From assembly GCA_045632845.1 (NCBI GenBank), contig JAZQXL010000012.1, positions 13,816 through 77,815 on the forward strand: a DNA stretch of 64,000 nt. The letters are read 5' to 3'. The position numbers and the translations under genes are program-made. Below are positions 1-12,681 of the stretch, one piece after another (the first letter of the stretch is position 1; each line of letters begins with the position of its first letter). Source of the DNA: Alphaproteobacteria bacterium (lineage in GTDB: Bacteria > Pseudomonadota > Alphaproteobacteria > CAAHEQ01 > UBA3637). Under the pieces are notes generated by a model. It was not told the DNA's origin and did no database searches. It saw only the letters and a program-made list of their open reading frames with translations.

Positions 1-131
1 TGCTTTTTACTAACCCAAAAACGCTCCTCAAGTAAAAATCATAAAAGATTTTTAAAACCATGGTGGGTTTTTTATGCTTATTTTCCACTCCACTTTTTTG
101 TGCTGTATATTACTTATATTTTTCTAAACAG

Positions 132-389
132 TTAAAGACCCAAAAAACTTTTAGCCCCATCTTCAATCTTTTCCCATAGTTTCTTTTTCTTCTTCTTAGC
201 TGTTGTTGTTTGTTTTTTCTTAGCCTTATAACCACCCATGTCACCAATCAATGGACTACCTAAAGATGATTTGGACGAACCACCCTTCATTAAAGTATCA
301 TTAGTCTTTTTTGAAAAATCATATGCATATACTGGTGCTGAAGCACAAATAAAACTTACTGCAAAAATTAAAAGAATATATTTTTTCAT
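132..389 (-). CDS. small secreted basic protein (hypothetical)
   Basis: 85-aa ORF with an N-terminal signal-peptide-like hydrophobic stretch (MKKYILLIFAVSFICASAPVYA), followed by a Lys/Thr/Ser-rich tail. I do not recognise a family. Confidence 0.35.
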   Translation of the reverse strand: MKKYILLIFAVSFICASAPVYAYDFSKKTNDTLMKGGSSKSSLGSPLIGDMGGYKAKKKQTTTAKKKKKKLWEKIEDGAKSFLGL

Positions 390-545
390 ATCCCCCTCCT
401 ATTCTTCCCTTTTTTCATTATAGCATATTTTAAAAGAAGCGACAAGAAAAAACATTCTTTTGACTATTTTATAAAAAAAACATCTTAAAAAAACAACAAA
501 GTATTTTTTTAAGATGTAAGAAAAATTACAACAAAATAGGATAAT

Positions 546-566
546 AAAAAAACCCCTCTCGGGGTT
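546..566 (-). terminator. rho-independent terminator downstream of rpmJ
   Basis: CCCC-TCTC-GGGG hairpin flanked by an A7 run on the plus strand, which is a T-run on the minus strand. It lies immediately 3' of the rpmJ stop. Confidence 0.55.
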
Positions 567-582
567 GATTTATCTTTAATTA

Positions 583-708
583 TTAACCTTGTTTAGCTTT
601 TAATTTTGGCTTTTTCTTGTTAATAACATAAACACTGCCTTTACGACGAACAACGATACAATCTTTATCGCGCATCTTAGCTGATTTTAATGAACAACGA
701 ACTTTCAT
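583..708 (-). CDS. rpmJ: 50S ribosomal protein L36
   Basis: Hand translation of the minus strand gives [41 protein letters not shown] (41 aa). This is the canonical L36 pattern (MKVR.SLK...R...C..V.R.G.VYVI). The ORF is below the track's length cut-off. Confidence 0.9.
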   Translation of the reverse strand: MKVRCSLKSAKMRDKDCIVVRRKGSVYVINKKKPKLKAKQG

Positions 709-795
709 AGCTTAACCCTTTCTCTTAACTTATATATGAGTAGTGGCATTATATATAAATAAAATATGTTTGTCAAGAGATTTTTTGTTTGATTT

Positions 796-2325
796 TTAAA
801 TATTTTTTCCTTTTCTGTTTTTTAACAAAGCAACTATTAAAATTATTAAAACAAGTGTTAGAGGAATCTTGTTCCCATAAATGGAATACAACGTCCTTTT
901 TCCCGCACGGGGTAAGGGCGAATCTAAAACCCCTTTTTCACCCAAATCCAATGAGGAAATAATTTCACCATAAGGATTTATAACAGCACTCACTCCATTA
1001 TTTGTTGCTCGAATAAGCGGTAATCCTTCTTCAACAGCACGCATTTGTGCAATACTCAAATGTTGATATGGTCCTGCTGAAATACCATACCACCCATCAT
1101 TTGTTAAATTTAATATCCATTCTGGTCTTTTTTTCTTATCCACAACTTCTGATGGAAAAATAACCTCATAACAAATCAATGGGGAAACTGGCGGGGCTTT
1201 AGGAATATACATTGTTTTAACCCCTTCTCCTTTATTAAAATCAGAAGGAATGGGTACCAATTTATCAATTTTTAACACATCCCGAAAAGGTACATATTCT
1301 CCAAAAGGAACCAAATGTGATTTATCATAATACCCTTGAATATTTGACAAGTGATCAAACACAAAAAGAGAATTAGCCAATTGTCTTTTCGATAAATCAA
1401 CAACCCTTAATGCTCCCGCTAATAATGTGCCCCCTTGACGAACAGCACTCATCAAACGCAAACGTGCTGTTTCATCAATTTCTGGATAATATGGCATTGC
1501 GGATTCTGGCCAAACAACATGTGTTATTTTATCATTGTTTTCTTTCGACAAAGAAATAAGAGTTGAAAAATTTTCTTCCGCACGTTCAGGATCCCATTTT
1601 AATGACTGTTTAATGTTTGGTTGAACCAATCTTAATTGGACCCCCCAAACCATTTCTTTGGGAGATTCATATATGTGAAATGCCCCACCTAAAAAACTCA
1701 AGCACATAACAACCAACAGTGTTAAAAAATATCTTTTTTGAGGAAGCAAAGCTAATGACGTAAAAAATAAAAGAGTCAGCAAAGATAAACCATAAACACC
1801 TGCTAATCCTGCAAGTTGCAACATTTCTGGAGAGATAGTCCAAATATTACCAATCAAATTCCAAGGAAAACCTGTAAAAAGCCAACTTCTAACCCATTCA
1901 AAAAAAACAAAAAAAGCACAAAAAGAAAGCCATCTTGAAACAGATGTTTTAAAAAAAGAAGCACAAGAAGCAGGAAGAGCAAAAAACAAACCCAAAAATA
2001 ATCCCAATCCCAAAAGAGCTAAAGGAATGAGAAATTGATACGCTCCACCGTCAACCAAAAGAGCATGACAAATCCAATTAAGTGATCCAACACCTAATCC
2101 TGCTCCAAACAAAAAAGATAAACACGTTATTTTCTTCTTCGATGTTTCTATATTTATCAAAAACATCAAAACGCTTAAACCAACAGCTAAAATTGGAACA
2201 TAAAAATAAGGTGCAAATGCATAACTTGATAAATATCCTAATGCAAAAAGAAGTATATTTTTTTTCAAAAAAGAATGCTTTTTAAAATTTTTTTCAATAA
2301 GAGATTTTATCTTTAATTGACACAT
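796..2325 (-). CDS. lnt: apolipoprotein N-acyltransferase
   Basis: 509 aa. The N-terminal half is a polytopic membrane domain and the C-terminal half is a CN-hydrolase domain (VVWPESA...E...C.E). This is the typical Lnt architecture. Confidence 0.85.
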   Translation of the reverse strand: MCQLKIKSLIEKNFKKHSFLKKNILLFALGYLSSYAFAPYFYVPILAVGLSVLMFLINIETSKKKITCLSFLFGAGLGVGSLNWICHALLVDGGAYQFLIPLALLGLGLFLGLFFALPASCASFFKTSVSRWLSFCAFFVFFEWVRSWLFTGFPWNLIGNIWTISPEMLQLAGLAGVYGLSLLTLLFFTSLALLPQKRYFLTLLVVMCLSFLGGAFHIYESPKEMVWGVQLRLVQPNIKQSLKWDPERAEENFSTLISLSKENNDKITHVVWPESAMPYYPEIDETARLRLMSAVRQGGTLLAGALRVVDLSKRQLANSLFVFDHLSNIQGYYDKSHLVPFGEYVPFRDVLKIDKLVPIPSDFNKGEGVKTMYIPKAPPVSPLICYEVIFPSEVVDKKKRPEWILNLTNDGWYGISAGPYQHLSIAQMRAVEEGLPLIRATNNGVSAVINPYGEIISSLDLGEKGVLDSPLPRAGKRTLYSIYGNKIPLTLVLIILIVALLKNRKGKNI

Positions 2326-2334
2326 TAAATTATC

Positions 2335-5420
<3,086 letters not shown>

Positions 5421-5424
<4 letters not shown>

Positions 5425-7235
5425 TTTTCAGAATTTCCCATTTCATCAGCAAGTTCTTTAACAACCTTTGAAAGTTTTTCTTTCGTTTCATCTGTTAAAT
5501 CGTTTGTTGAAGCAATACTTTCTAAAATATCTGGATGTTTTGTTTTGATTAATTCTTGTAATTTTGTTTCAAACAAAGAAACTTTATCTAAATCAATTTC
5601 ATCCAAATATCCGTTCACACCTGCAAAAATTGAAATTACCTCTTCAGGCATTGAATAAGGCTGATACTGTTTTTGTTTCATAATTTCAGTTAAACGAGAA
5701 CCACGATTTAATAACGCTTGTGTTGCTGGATCAAGATCTGATGAAAATTGTGAAAAGTTCATCACTTCACGATATTGTGCCAAATCCAACTTTAACGAAC
5801 CTGCAACCTTTTTCATCGCTTTACTTTGAGCAGCAGATCCCACACGACTAACAGATAAACCAACGTTAATAGCAGGTCTAACCCCTTGCAAAAATAAATT
5901 AGATTCTAAGAAAATCTGACCATCTGTAATTGAAATAACGTTTGTTGGAATATAAGCAGACACATCTCCTTCTTGTGTTTCAATAACAGGAAGAGCCGTT
6001 AAAGAACCACCGCCATTTTCTTGACTAAGTTGTGCCGCTCTTTCAAGTAATCTAGAGTGCAAATAAAAAACATCCCCAGGATATGCTTCACGACCTGTTG
6101 GTCGTTTTAACAATAAAGACATTTCACGATAAGCAACGGCATGCTTTGATAAATCATCATAAAAGACAATAGCATTCATCCCATTATCTCTAAAATATTC
6201 TCCAATTGTGCAACCAGCATATGGTGCCAAATATTGCATTGCAGCACTATCGGATGCTGTTGCAGAAACAATCACCGTATAATCCAAAGCGCCTTTTTCT
6301 TCCAATGTGCGCATAATATCTCGAACAGTTGATTGTTTTTGACCAATTGCCACATAAATACAGAATAATTTTTCTTTATCAGGCAAAATAGCATTCTTTT
6401 CTTTTTGACTTAAAATTGTATCTAAGATAATTGCTGTTTTACCAGTTTGTCTATCGCCAATAATCAACTCACGTTGTCCACGCCCAATTGGAACCAATGC
6501 ATCAATTCCCTTAATTCCTGTTTGGATTGGCCTGTTCACAGAACTTCTTGCAATAATCCCAGGAGCTGGTGCCATAACAGGGTGATGAGGCAAATCTTTT
6601 AAAGATGATTTTCCATCAATAGCTTCACCCAATGGATTTAATACTCGACCCAACAACTCCATACCAACAGGAACTGTATTCATTTGTTGAGTTCTTGTTA
6701 CCAATGCACCTTCTTTAATATTTTGGGCATTATCAAAAATAACAATATCTACCACATCAGGATTTAAATTCAAAGCCATCCCATGTTGACCAGATTCAAA
6801 AACAACACGTTCACCAGCAGCAATCGTTTTTAATCCCTCAACTCTTGCAACACCATCAGAAACTGAAAGGACTTTTCCAACTTCTTTAACTTGCGTTTTT
6901 TCTTCAAACGCATCCACAGATTGAGAGAAAATAGATGCGATTTTATTCACGTCAATGGCTTGAGAAACCTTTGTTTCAATCTCTTTTTGAAATACTGCCA
7001 ATTGACCTTTTACCGAAGAATCAATCAAAAGGGAGTCCACATTCAATGTTAAACCACCAAGCAAAGCGGGATTCACTTTAACTTGCAACATAAAGTTGTC
7101 ATCTTTTAAAATATGAGCTAGTTTTTTTCTTAATGTATCCAATTGTTTTTCGGACAAAGAAACAGCAGACTCAACCTCTATATATCTTGTTGTTTCCGTT
7201 GTTTCATTCATTGTTGTTTCTGTCTTTTCAGCCAT
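5421..7235 (-). CDS. atpA: F0F1 ATP synthase alpha subunit with an in-frame N-terminal fusion to the C-terminal domain of the delta (OSCP) subunit
   Basis: Residues ~95-604 are a canonical alpha subunit (P-loop GDRQTGKTA). Residues ~17-90 ([66 protein letters not shown]) match the C-terminal domain of delta/OSCP. No stop codon separates the two parts. The ATG at 7235 has an AAAGGA Shine-Dalgarno 10 nt upstream. Confidence 0.8.
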
Positions 7236-7417
7236 AGCAAATCAATCCTTTAAATTTATTATAAAAAAATAATGACTTCTTGTAACACAAAAAACCTAAA
7301 GTTGCAAGCCATTAGAGCTCTTTTTCAATTAAAAAAACAGCCCACAACAATAAGTGAGCTGTTAAAAACATAAATTTGACTTACACAAAAAAAATCAAGA
7401 TAAAAATCTTCTTTCAC

Positions 7418-7693
7418 TTATTTAGAAAGTTGATAACCTTCGTAATAATCTTTACCCTTACGTACATTATTTGCTTCTTCTAAACCATATTTATTCACTT
7501 TTTTACCCAAGCGAACAGAAGCATCTGAAAAATCACCCCATAAAGATCTAACGCTGTACACATAACCAGATAATTGACGATCTACTTTTTGACAAGCTTC
7601 TTTTGGAGTAATCCCCATAAAAAACCAAACAGCTAAAAGGAATGCTCCAATATGGATTGCCAACCACTTTAATATAGGTATAAATTTTTTCAT
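7418..7693 (-). CDS. small membrane protein (hypothetical, one predicted TM helix)
   Basis: 91 aa with one hydrophobic helix (LAIHIGAFLLAVWFFMGI). It is not delta-like. Confidence 0.4.
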   Translation of the reverse strand: MKKFIPILKWLAIHIGAFLLAVWFFMGITPKEACQKVDRQLSGYVYSVRSLWGDFSDASVRLGKKVNKYGLEEANNVRKGKDYYEGYQLSK

Positions 7694-7764
7694 ATCTTAT
7701 TTCCCTTTCTTTTTCATAAAAAAAATGTTATGATAATTATATTACAAATCAGGATAACTTGTAA

Positions 7765-8439
7765 ATGAAAAAAATTAAAATCGGCGATATATATATCGAA
7801 TTTATCAAACGACAAAACCAAAAAACCATTCGCCTTACGCTTAACAAAAACAATCAAATTGTTTTATCCGCACCTTACTTTTGCTCTGAAAAAAAAGCAA
7901 TTGATTTTGCCACACAACACCAAGACTGGATAAAAAAACACACCACTGATAAACAAGAAAAAACTTTTAATAATCAGGATACTGTTTCAATTTTAGGCAC
8001 AAATTATAAAATCATCCATAGCCCAGAGTATCCAAGTTACATAACCCTTAAAGAAAACACTATTTTTATTGGTGGGGAAGAAAAATTTATCCATAGAAAA
8101 GTTTCAAATCTTGCACAAAAAGAACTATTAAAATACATTCAAAAAAAAGCTCATGAAATGGGCAAAAAAATTAACAAACAACCCAAAAAAATCTCTTTAA
8201 AAAACACCACATCAAGGTGGGGAAGCTGTTCTTCAAAAGGTAATTTAAATTTTTGCTGGAAAATTAGTTTTGCACCACTTTATGTTGTTGATTATCTCAT
8301 CGCACATGAGGTTTCGCATTTAAAAGAAATGAATCATAGCCATAAATTTTGGCAAACAGTCTCAACCCTCAACGTACAACAAGCTGAGGCCGAAATTTGG
8401 CTCAGAAAAAATGGAAAAAACATTATCTCAATTAAATAA
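7765..8439 (+). CDS. YgjP/DUF45-family metal-dependent hydrolase (WLM/SprT-like HExxH)
   Basis: 224 aa. The C-terminal motif HEVSHLKEMNHSHKFW (HExxH...H) follows an SRWGSC segment, as in YgjP-like zinc hydrolases. Confidence 0.65.
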   Translation: MKKIKIGDIYIEFIKRQNQKTIRLTLNKNNQIVLSAPYFCSEKKAIDFATQHQDWIKKHTTDKQEKTFNNQDTVSILGTNYKIIHSPEYPSYITLKENTIFIGGEEKFIHRKVSNLAQKELLKYIQKKAHEMGKKINKQPKKISLKNTTSRWGSCSSKGNLNFCWKISFAPLYVVDYLIAHEVSHLKEMNHSHKFWQTVSTLNVQQAEAEIWLRKNGKNIISIK

Positions 8440-9627
8440 TTAATTGCCTGCTTCTTTAAAATATGCATTAACAGCACGAACCAAAGCTTGTCCTAATTTT
8501 TTACGATAGGAGGCTTTTTGCATTTCTCGCTCTTCTTTCTTGTTAGACATATATCCCATTTCTAACAACACAGACGGAATATTTGGCGATTTTAAAACGG
8601 CAAATCCAGCAAAACGATGTGCATTTGGCAACAACTGAACCGTTCTTTGCATTTCTTTTACAACCAAATCAGCATATCTACGCGACTCTTTCATTGTGTC
8701 TTGTTTTGCAAGATCAATAAGAACACTACTAACTTCTTGTTGATAATCATCTAAATCCATACCAAGCAGAATATCTGATTTATTTTCTCTTTCAGCCAAT
8801 GCGGCTGCTTCTTTATCTGATGCCTTTTCAGAAATTGTATAAATCGACAACCCTCTTGCAGAAATATTTTTAGCACTGTCAGCGTGAATTGAAACAAATA
8901 AATCAGCCTTTGCTTCGTGTGCTTTTTTAACACGCCCTCTTAAAGAAATAAAAACATCTTTATCACGGCTAAGAACAACTTTATATCCAGCCTCTTCTAA
9001 AAGTTTTTTAGTTTCTTTTGCCATTTTAAGTGTTAAATCTTTTTCATAACGACCAGCTTTTGAAATTGCTCCAGGATCTTGTCCGCCATGTCCTGCATCT
9101 AGCATAATGATTTTTTTTGATTTTGCAAAAGGGAGTAACCCTGTTGTATTTTCTTTTTTCTTTACAGAAGCCTTTGTGGCTACCACACTTGTTTGTTGTG
9201 GCAATTTTTTTTGAACTTCTGGTTTTGAACTCGGTTTTAAATCCACAACCAAACGCCAAATTCCTTTTTTGCCTTCTGGAGGCAAAACAAAATGACTTTC
9301 TTCAACCGTTCTAGATAGATCAAAAACAATGCGAGCTGTGTCACCACCTTGTTTACCAAAACGAACTTTTGACACAACTGTATTTTTTTTAAATTCTTTT
9401 TTACGCACATGAGATTTAATCACACTTTTTGGCATATCCAAAACAAGTCGATTCGGATTTTCTAAAGTAAAAATTTTAGAATTTAATTTTGCATCCGACT
9501 CGACAACAACACGACCCGTTCCATTCGAAAAAGTAGAAAGACGAACATCACTAACCGTTGTAGCCAAAGCACTACAAGCTACAAAAATAAAAGACAAGAC
9601 CCAAAATACAATTGTTTTTATATTCAT
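8440..9627 (-). CDS. amiC: N-acetylmuramoyl-L-alanine amidase (AmiC-like, N-terminal AMIN domain)
   Basis: Signal peptide, an AMIN-like N-terminal domain and the Amidase_3 catalytic domain (IMLDAGHGGQDPGA...SIHADS...E) at the C-terminus. Confidence 0.85.
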   Translation of the reverse strand: MNIKTIVFWVLSFIFVACSALATTVSDVRLSTFSNGTGRVVVESDAKLNSKIFTLENPNRLVLDMPKSVIKSHVRKKEFKKNTVVSKVRFGKQGGDTARIVFDLSRTVEESHFVLPPEGKKGIWRLVVDLKPSSKPEVQKKLPQQTSVVATKASVKKKENTTGLLPFAKSKKIIMLDAGHGGQDPGAISKAGRYEKDLTLKMAKETKKLLEEAGYKVVLSRDKDVFISLRGRVKKAHEAKADLFVSIHADSAKNISARGLSIYTISEKASDKEAAALAERENKSDILLGMDLDDYQQEVSSVLIDLAKQDTMKESRRYADLVVKEMQRTVQLLPNAHRFAGFAVLKSPNIPSVLLEMGYMSNKKEEREMQKASYRKKLGQALVRAVNAYFKEAGN

Positions 9628-9662
9628 TGAACCCTAAAAAAAATATTTTTGCATAAAAAAAC

Positions 9663-9691
9663 TTGATAATTTACTTTTATACCTATATAAT
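9663..9691 (+). promoter_or_regulatory. sigma70-type promoter for rne (TTGATA-17-TATAAT), giving a ~190-nt 5' UTR
   Basis: The -35 is TTGATA at 9663-9668 and the -10 is a perfect TATAAT at 9686-9691, with a 17-nt spacer. The long leader is consistent with the autoregulated rne 5' UTRs known from proteobacteria. Confidence 0.5.
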
Positions 9692-9884
9692 GCAAATTGC
9701 AATCAAAATGATTGCTCAAGAGTTATTTTTTTTAATCCGATGAGATAGCAATGAATGCTTTTATAACAACAAGTTATTTTCAGAATATTATTTCTCTGAT
9801 GGGAGTCGGATTATTTGTCGTTATTAAGTCTTTTACAACTATTCAAAAAAGACTTTTCACCAAATTGTTAAAGGAATTTATTTT

Positions 9885-12167
9885 ATGTCAAAAAAGATGC
9901 TTATCGATGCAACGCATCTGGAAGAAACCCGCGTTGTTGTATCAGAAAATGGGAGAGTTGAAGAACTAGATGTTGACACCTCAACCAAAAAACAAATTAA
10001 AGGAAATATTTATTTAGCAAAAATCGTTCGCGTTGAACCATCATTGCAAGCTGCTTTTGTTGATTATGGTGGTAATCGACATGGCTTTTTAGCTTTTAGT
10101 GAAATTCATCCTGATTATTATCAAATCCCTGTTGCGGATAGAGAAGCTTTAAAAGCTATGCTCAAAAAAACTGAAGAAGATGATAATGACACACTTTTGG
10201 AAACAGCAGATTCTAAAAGTGATGTTGAGGTTGTTTCAGAAGTTGAATCTGATATTCGCACAAAATTTTGTCCTTCTTTTATCAAGAAATACAAAATTCA
10301 AGAAGTTATTAGACAAGGACAAGTCATGCTTGTTCAAGTTGTCAAGGAAGAACGAGGCAACAAAGGTGCTGCTTTAACAACTTATCTTTCATTAGCTGGT
10401 CGCTTCAGTGTTTTAATGCCAAACAATGGAAAAGGTGGCGGTATTTCACGCAAAATTACAAATGTAAAAGATAGAAAAGCACTCCGCTCCATCATTGACA
10501 AATTCTCCATTCCTGATGGCATGAGCGTCATCATAAGAACTGCTGGTCAAGGCAAAACAAAAACTGAAATCAAACGTGATTACGATTACTTAATTAAAAC
10601 TTGGTTAAAGATCAGAGAAGAAACTCTCGAATCTCTTGCTCCAAAACTTATTCATGAAGAAGGGGACATCGTCAAACGTTCTTTAAGAGATGTGTTTACA
10701 CCTGATATTGAAGAAATCTGGATTGAGGGCGAAAGCGTTTTCAAATCTGCTAAAGAATTTATGAAAATGTTAATGCCAAGTCAGGCAAAAAAAATTAAAC
10801 AATATAAAGGCTCAGAACCTTTATTTGTAACACAACAAATTGAACCTCAATTAGAAAGTATTCACAGCAATATCGTTCAATTAAAATCAGGTGGTTACCT
10901 TGTAATTGATCAAACAGAAGCTTTGGTTGCTGTTGATGTCAACTCTGGTCGTGCAACAAAAGAACACGATATTGAAGAAACCGCATTAAGAACAAATCTT
11001 GAAACATGTGATGAATTGGCTCGTCAACTTCGTTTACGCGATATGGCTGGGCTTATTGTTATTGACTTTATTGATATGGAAGAGGCTAAAAACAATGCCG
11101 CAGTTGAACGAAGATTAAAAGAGGCGCTCAAAAAAGATAGAGCTCGCATTCAAGTTGGCAAAATGTCTGGTTTCGGGTTAGTTGAAATGTCGAGACAACG
11201 CTTGCATTCTAGCTTTTTAGAAAGCAGTTACCATTCATGCATGCACTGTGGTGGAAAAGGGGTTGTAAGATCTGTTGAATCTTGTGCAATGCATGCGTTA
11301 CACGTTTTGGAAGAAGCTGCATACAAAAATGTAAAGAACAAAATTCTCATTTCTTTACCTGTGAATGTGTCAACATATTTATTAAACGTAAAACGTTCTC
11401 ACTTGGTTGCATTAGAAACAAAATATAATGTAAACATTCAAATCATTCCTGATGAAACATTGTTGCGTCCTTCTGATTTCAAACTTGAACGCATTCGTGA
11501 AGATGGTGAACGTCAAAACATCAATTTACATACGCAAAATAAACAAGAGCAAAAAGAAAAGAAAAAACCTGATTTTTCACCTAAAAATCAAGTTGAAAAA
11601 GAACTTAAAAAAGCTGAAAAAATCGTTGCAGTTAAAGAAAAAGAACCTGAAGAAGAACCTGCAACTGAACCGGTTGAAGACAACAATTCTTTTGAAAAGA
11701 AAAATAAGAACAAACGCCGCAACGAATGGCGCAAAAGAAGACGTGAAAAAAGAATGATGGCTCGTTTAAAACGTCAAGCTGAAAAAGAAGAAAATGTTTC
11801 ATCAGCTCCTGTTGAAATGCCATCAGGGGAAGAAAAATTCACCGTTGTTGAACAAAAAGATTTTTCAGAAATCAAAGAAACAGAACAAAAAATTGAAAAA
11901 CTAAAATCAGAGAAAAAGGAAGTAAAAAAACAAACAAATCCTTCCAATTCTTCTGAACAAAATGGTGAAAAAAAGGCTCCACAAAAAAAGAAACCTCAAA
12001 AGAAGTCACGTCCTTCAGCAAAAAAGGAAAAAGAAAATAAACCTACAACTGAAGAAACTCCTGTCAAAAAAAAGGAAGATAAACCTATCTTGGTTGAAAA
12101 AGAAACACAAGATATGCAAGAACCTAGACAGGCAAAAAAGGGTTGGTGGAATAAACTTGTAAACTAA
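9885..12167 (+). CDS. rne: ribonuclease E
   Basis: 760 aa. The N-terminal S1 and RNase E/G catalytic domain carries signature DVNSGR and the zinc link CxxC. The C-terminal half is a long Lys/Glu-rich low-complexity scaffold tail. Confidence 0.9.
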   Translation: MSKKMLIDATHLEETRVVVSENGRVEELDVDTSTKKQIKGNIYLAKIVRVEPSLQAAFVDYGGNRHGFLAFSEIHPDYYQIPVADREALKAMLKKTEEDDNDTLLETADSKSDVEVVSEVESDIRTKFCPSFIKKYKIQEVIRQGQVMLVQVVKEERGNKGAALTTYLSLAGRFSVLMPNNGKGGGISRKITNVKDRKALRSIIDKFSIPDGMSVIIRTAGQGKTKTEIKRDYDYLIKTWLKIREETLESLAPKLIHEEGDIVKRSLRDVFTPDIEEIWIEGESVFKSAKEFMKMLMPSQAKKIKQYKGSEPLFVTQQIEPQLESIHSNIVQLKSGGYLVIDQTEALVAVDVNSGRATKEHDIEETALRTNLETCDELARQLRLRDMAGLIVIDFIDMEEAKNNAAVERRLKEALKKDRARIQVGKMSGFGLVEMSRQRLHSSFLESSYHSCMHCGGKGVVRSVESCAMHALHVLEEAAYKNVKNKILISLPVNVSTYLLNVKRSHLVALETKYNVNIQIIPDETLLRPSDFKLERIREDGERQNINLHTQNKQEQKEKKKPDFSPKNQVEKELKKAEKIVAVKEKEPEEEPATEPVEDNNSFEKKNKNKRRNEWRKRRREKRMMARLKRQAEKEENVSSAPVEMPSGEEKFTVVEQKDFSEIKETEQKIEKLKSEKKEVKKQTNPSNSSEQNGEKKAPQKKKPQKKSRPSAKKEKENKPTTEETPVKKKEDKPILVEKETQDMQEPRQAKKGWWNKLVN

Positions 12168-12172
12168 AAAAA

Positions 12173-12195
12173 GGCGAGTTCTCTCGCCTTTTTTT
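12173..12195 (+). terminator. rho-independent terminator of rne
   Basis: GGCGAG-ttct-CTCGCC hairpin followed by T7, directly after the rne stop. Confidence 0.7.
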
Positions 12196-12260
12196 ATATC
12201 TATTTATACATTTCTTATTGCAATTAAAATGATTCTATGATACACACAACATATCATAAT

Positions 12261-12335
12261 GACCCTATCATCTAGCGGTTAGGATACAACCCTCTCAAGG
12301 TTGGTACACGGGTTCAAATCCCGTTAGGGTCGCCA
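12261..12335 (+). tRNA. tRNA-Glu (anticodon CUC)
   Basis: Hand-folded cloverleaf. Acceptor stem GACCCTA/TAGGGTC, D-arm ATCT/GGAT, anticodon stem CAACC/GGTTG with loop CT-CTC-AA, T-arm ACGGG-TTCAAAT-CCCGT, discriminator G and an encoded CCA. Overall similarity to proteobacterial tRNA-Glu. Confidence 0.8.
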
Positions 12336-12616
12336 AAAACAAAAACGCCAACAGGTGTTTTTTTGTTTTGGGCAATATCGTCAGATATGAACCCTCGGGT
12401 TCGAGCAGTTAGTTGGTGAGAATATGAGCATAATTTTTATGCGATATTCGAACCTTACGATGCGAAAGGGTCCCAATTTAATTGGGAATATCAAATCCCG
12501 TTAGGGTCGCCAAAAACAAAAACGCCAACGGGCGTGTTTTTTGTTTTGGGCAATATCGTCAGATATGAACCCGTCGGGTTCGAGCAGTTAGTTGGTGAGA
12601 ATGAGCATAATTTTTA
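12314..12616 (+). repeat. tandem direct duplication (2 x ~127 bp, period 177 bp), each copy beginning with the last 22 nt of the tRNA-Glu
   Basis: Copy 1 is 12314-12440 and copy 2 is 12491-12616, about 95% identical. Each reads TCAAATCCCGTTAGGGTCGCCA, then an AAAAACAAAAACGCCAAC...GTTTTTTTGTTTTGGGC hairpin, then CAATATCGTCAGATATGAACCC..GGGTTCGAGCAGTTAGTTGGTGAGAAT..GAGCATAATTTTTA. The pattern is like attL/attR. Confidence 0.7.
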
Positions 12617-12681
12617 AGTATTTACTTTATATTCTTAATATTATATTCTGTAACAAGAAAATCAATTTTGAGAAAATACAA

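Noticed and set aside
9751-9969. 72-aa ORF upstream of and overlapping the rne start
   Set aside because: It lies in the rne 5' leader downstream of a strong promoter and overlaps the well-supported rne start. It has no family resemblance and is most likely non-coding leader.
11452-12162. Lys-rich alternative-frame ORFs inside rne (11452..11757, 11962..12162)
   Set aside because: They are frame-shifted shadows of the Lys/Glu-rich low-complexity C-terminal tail of RNase E.
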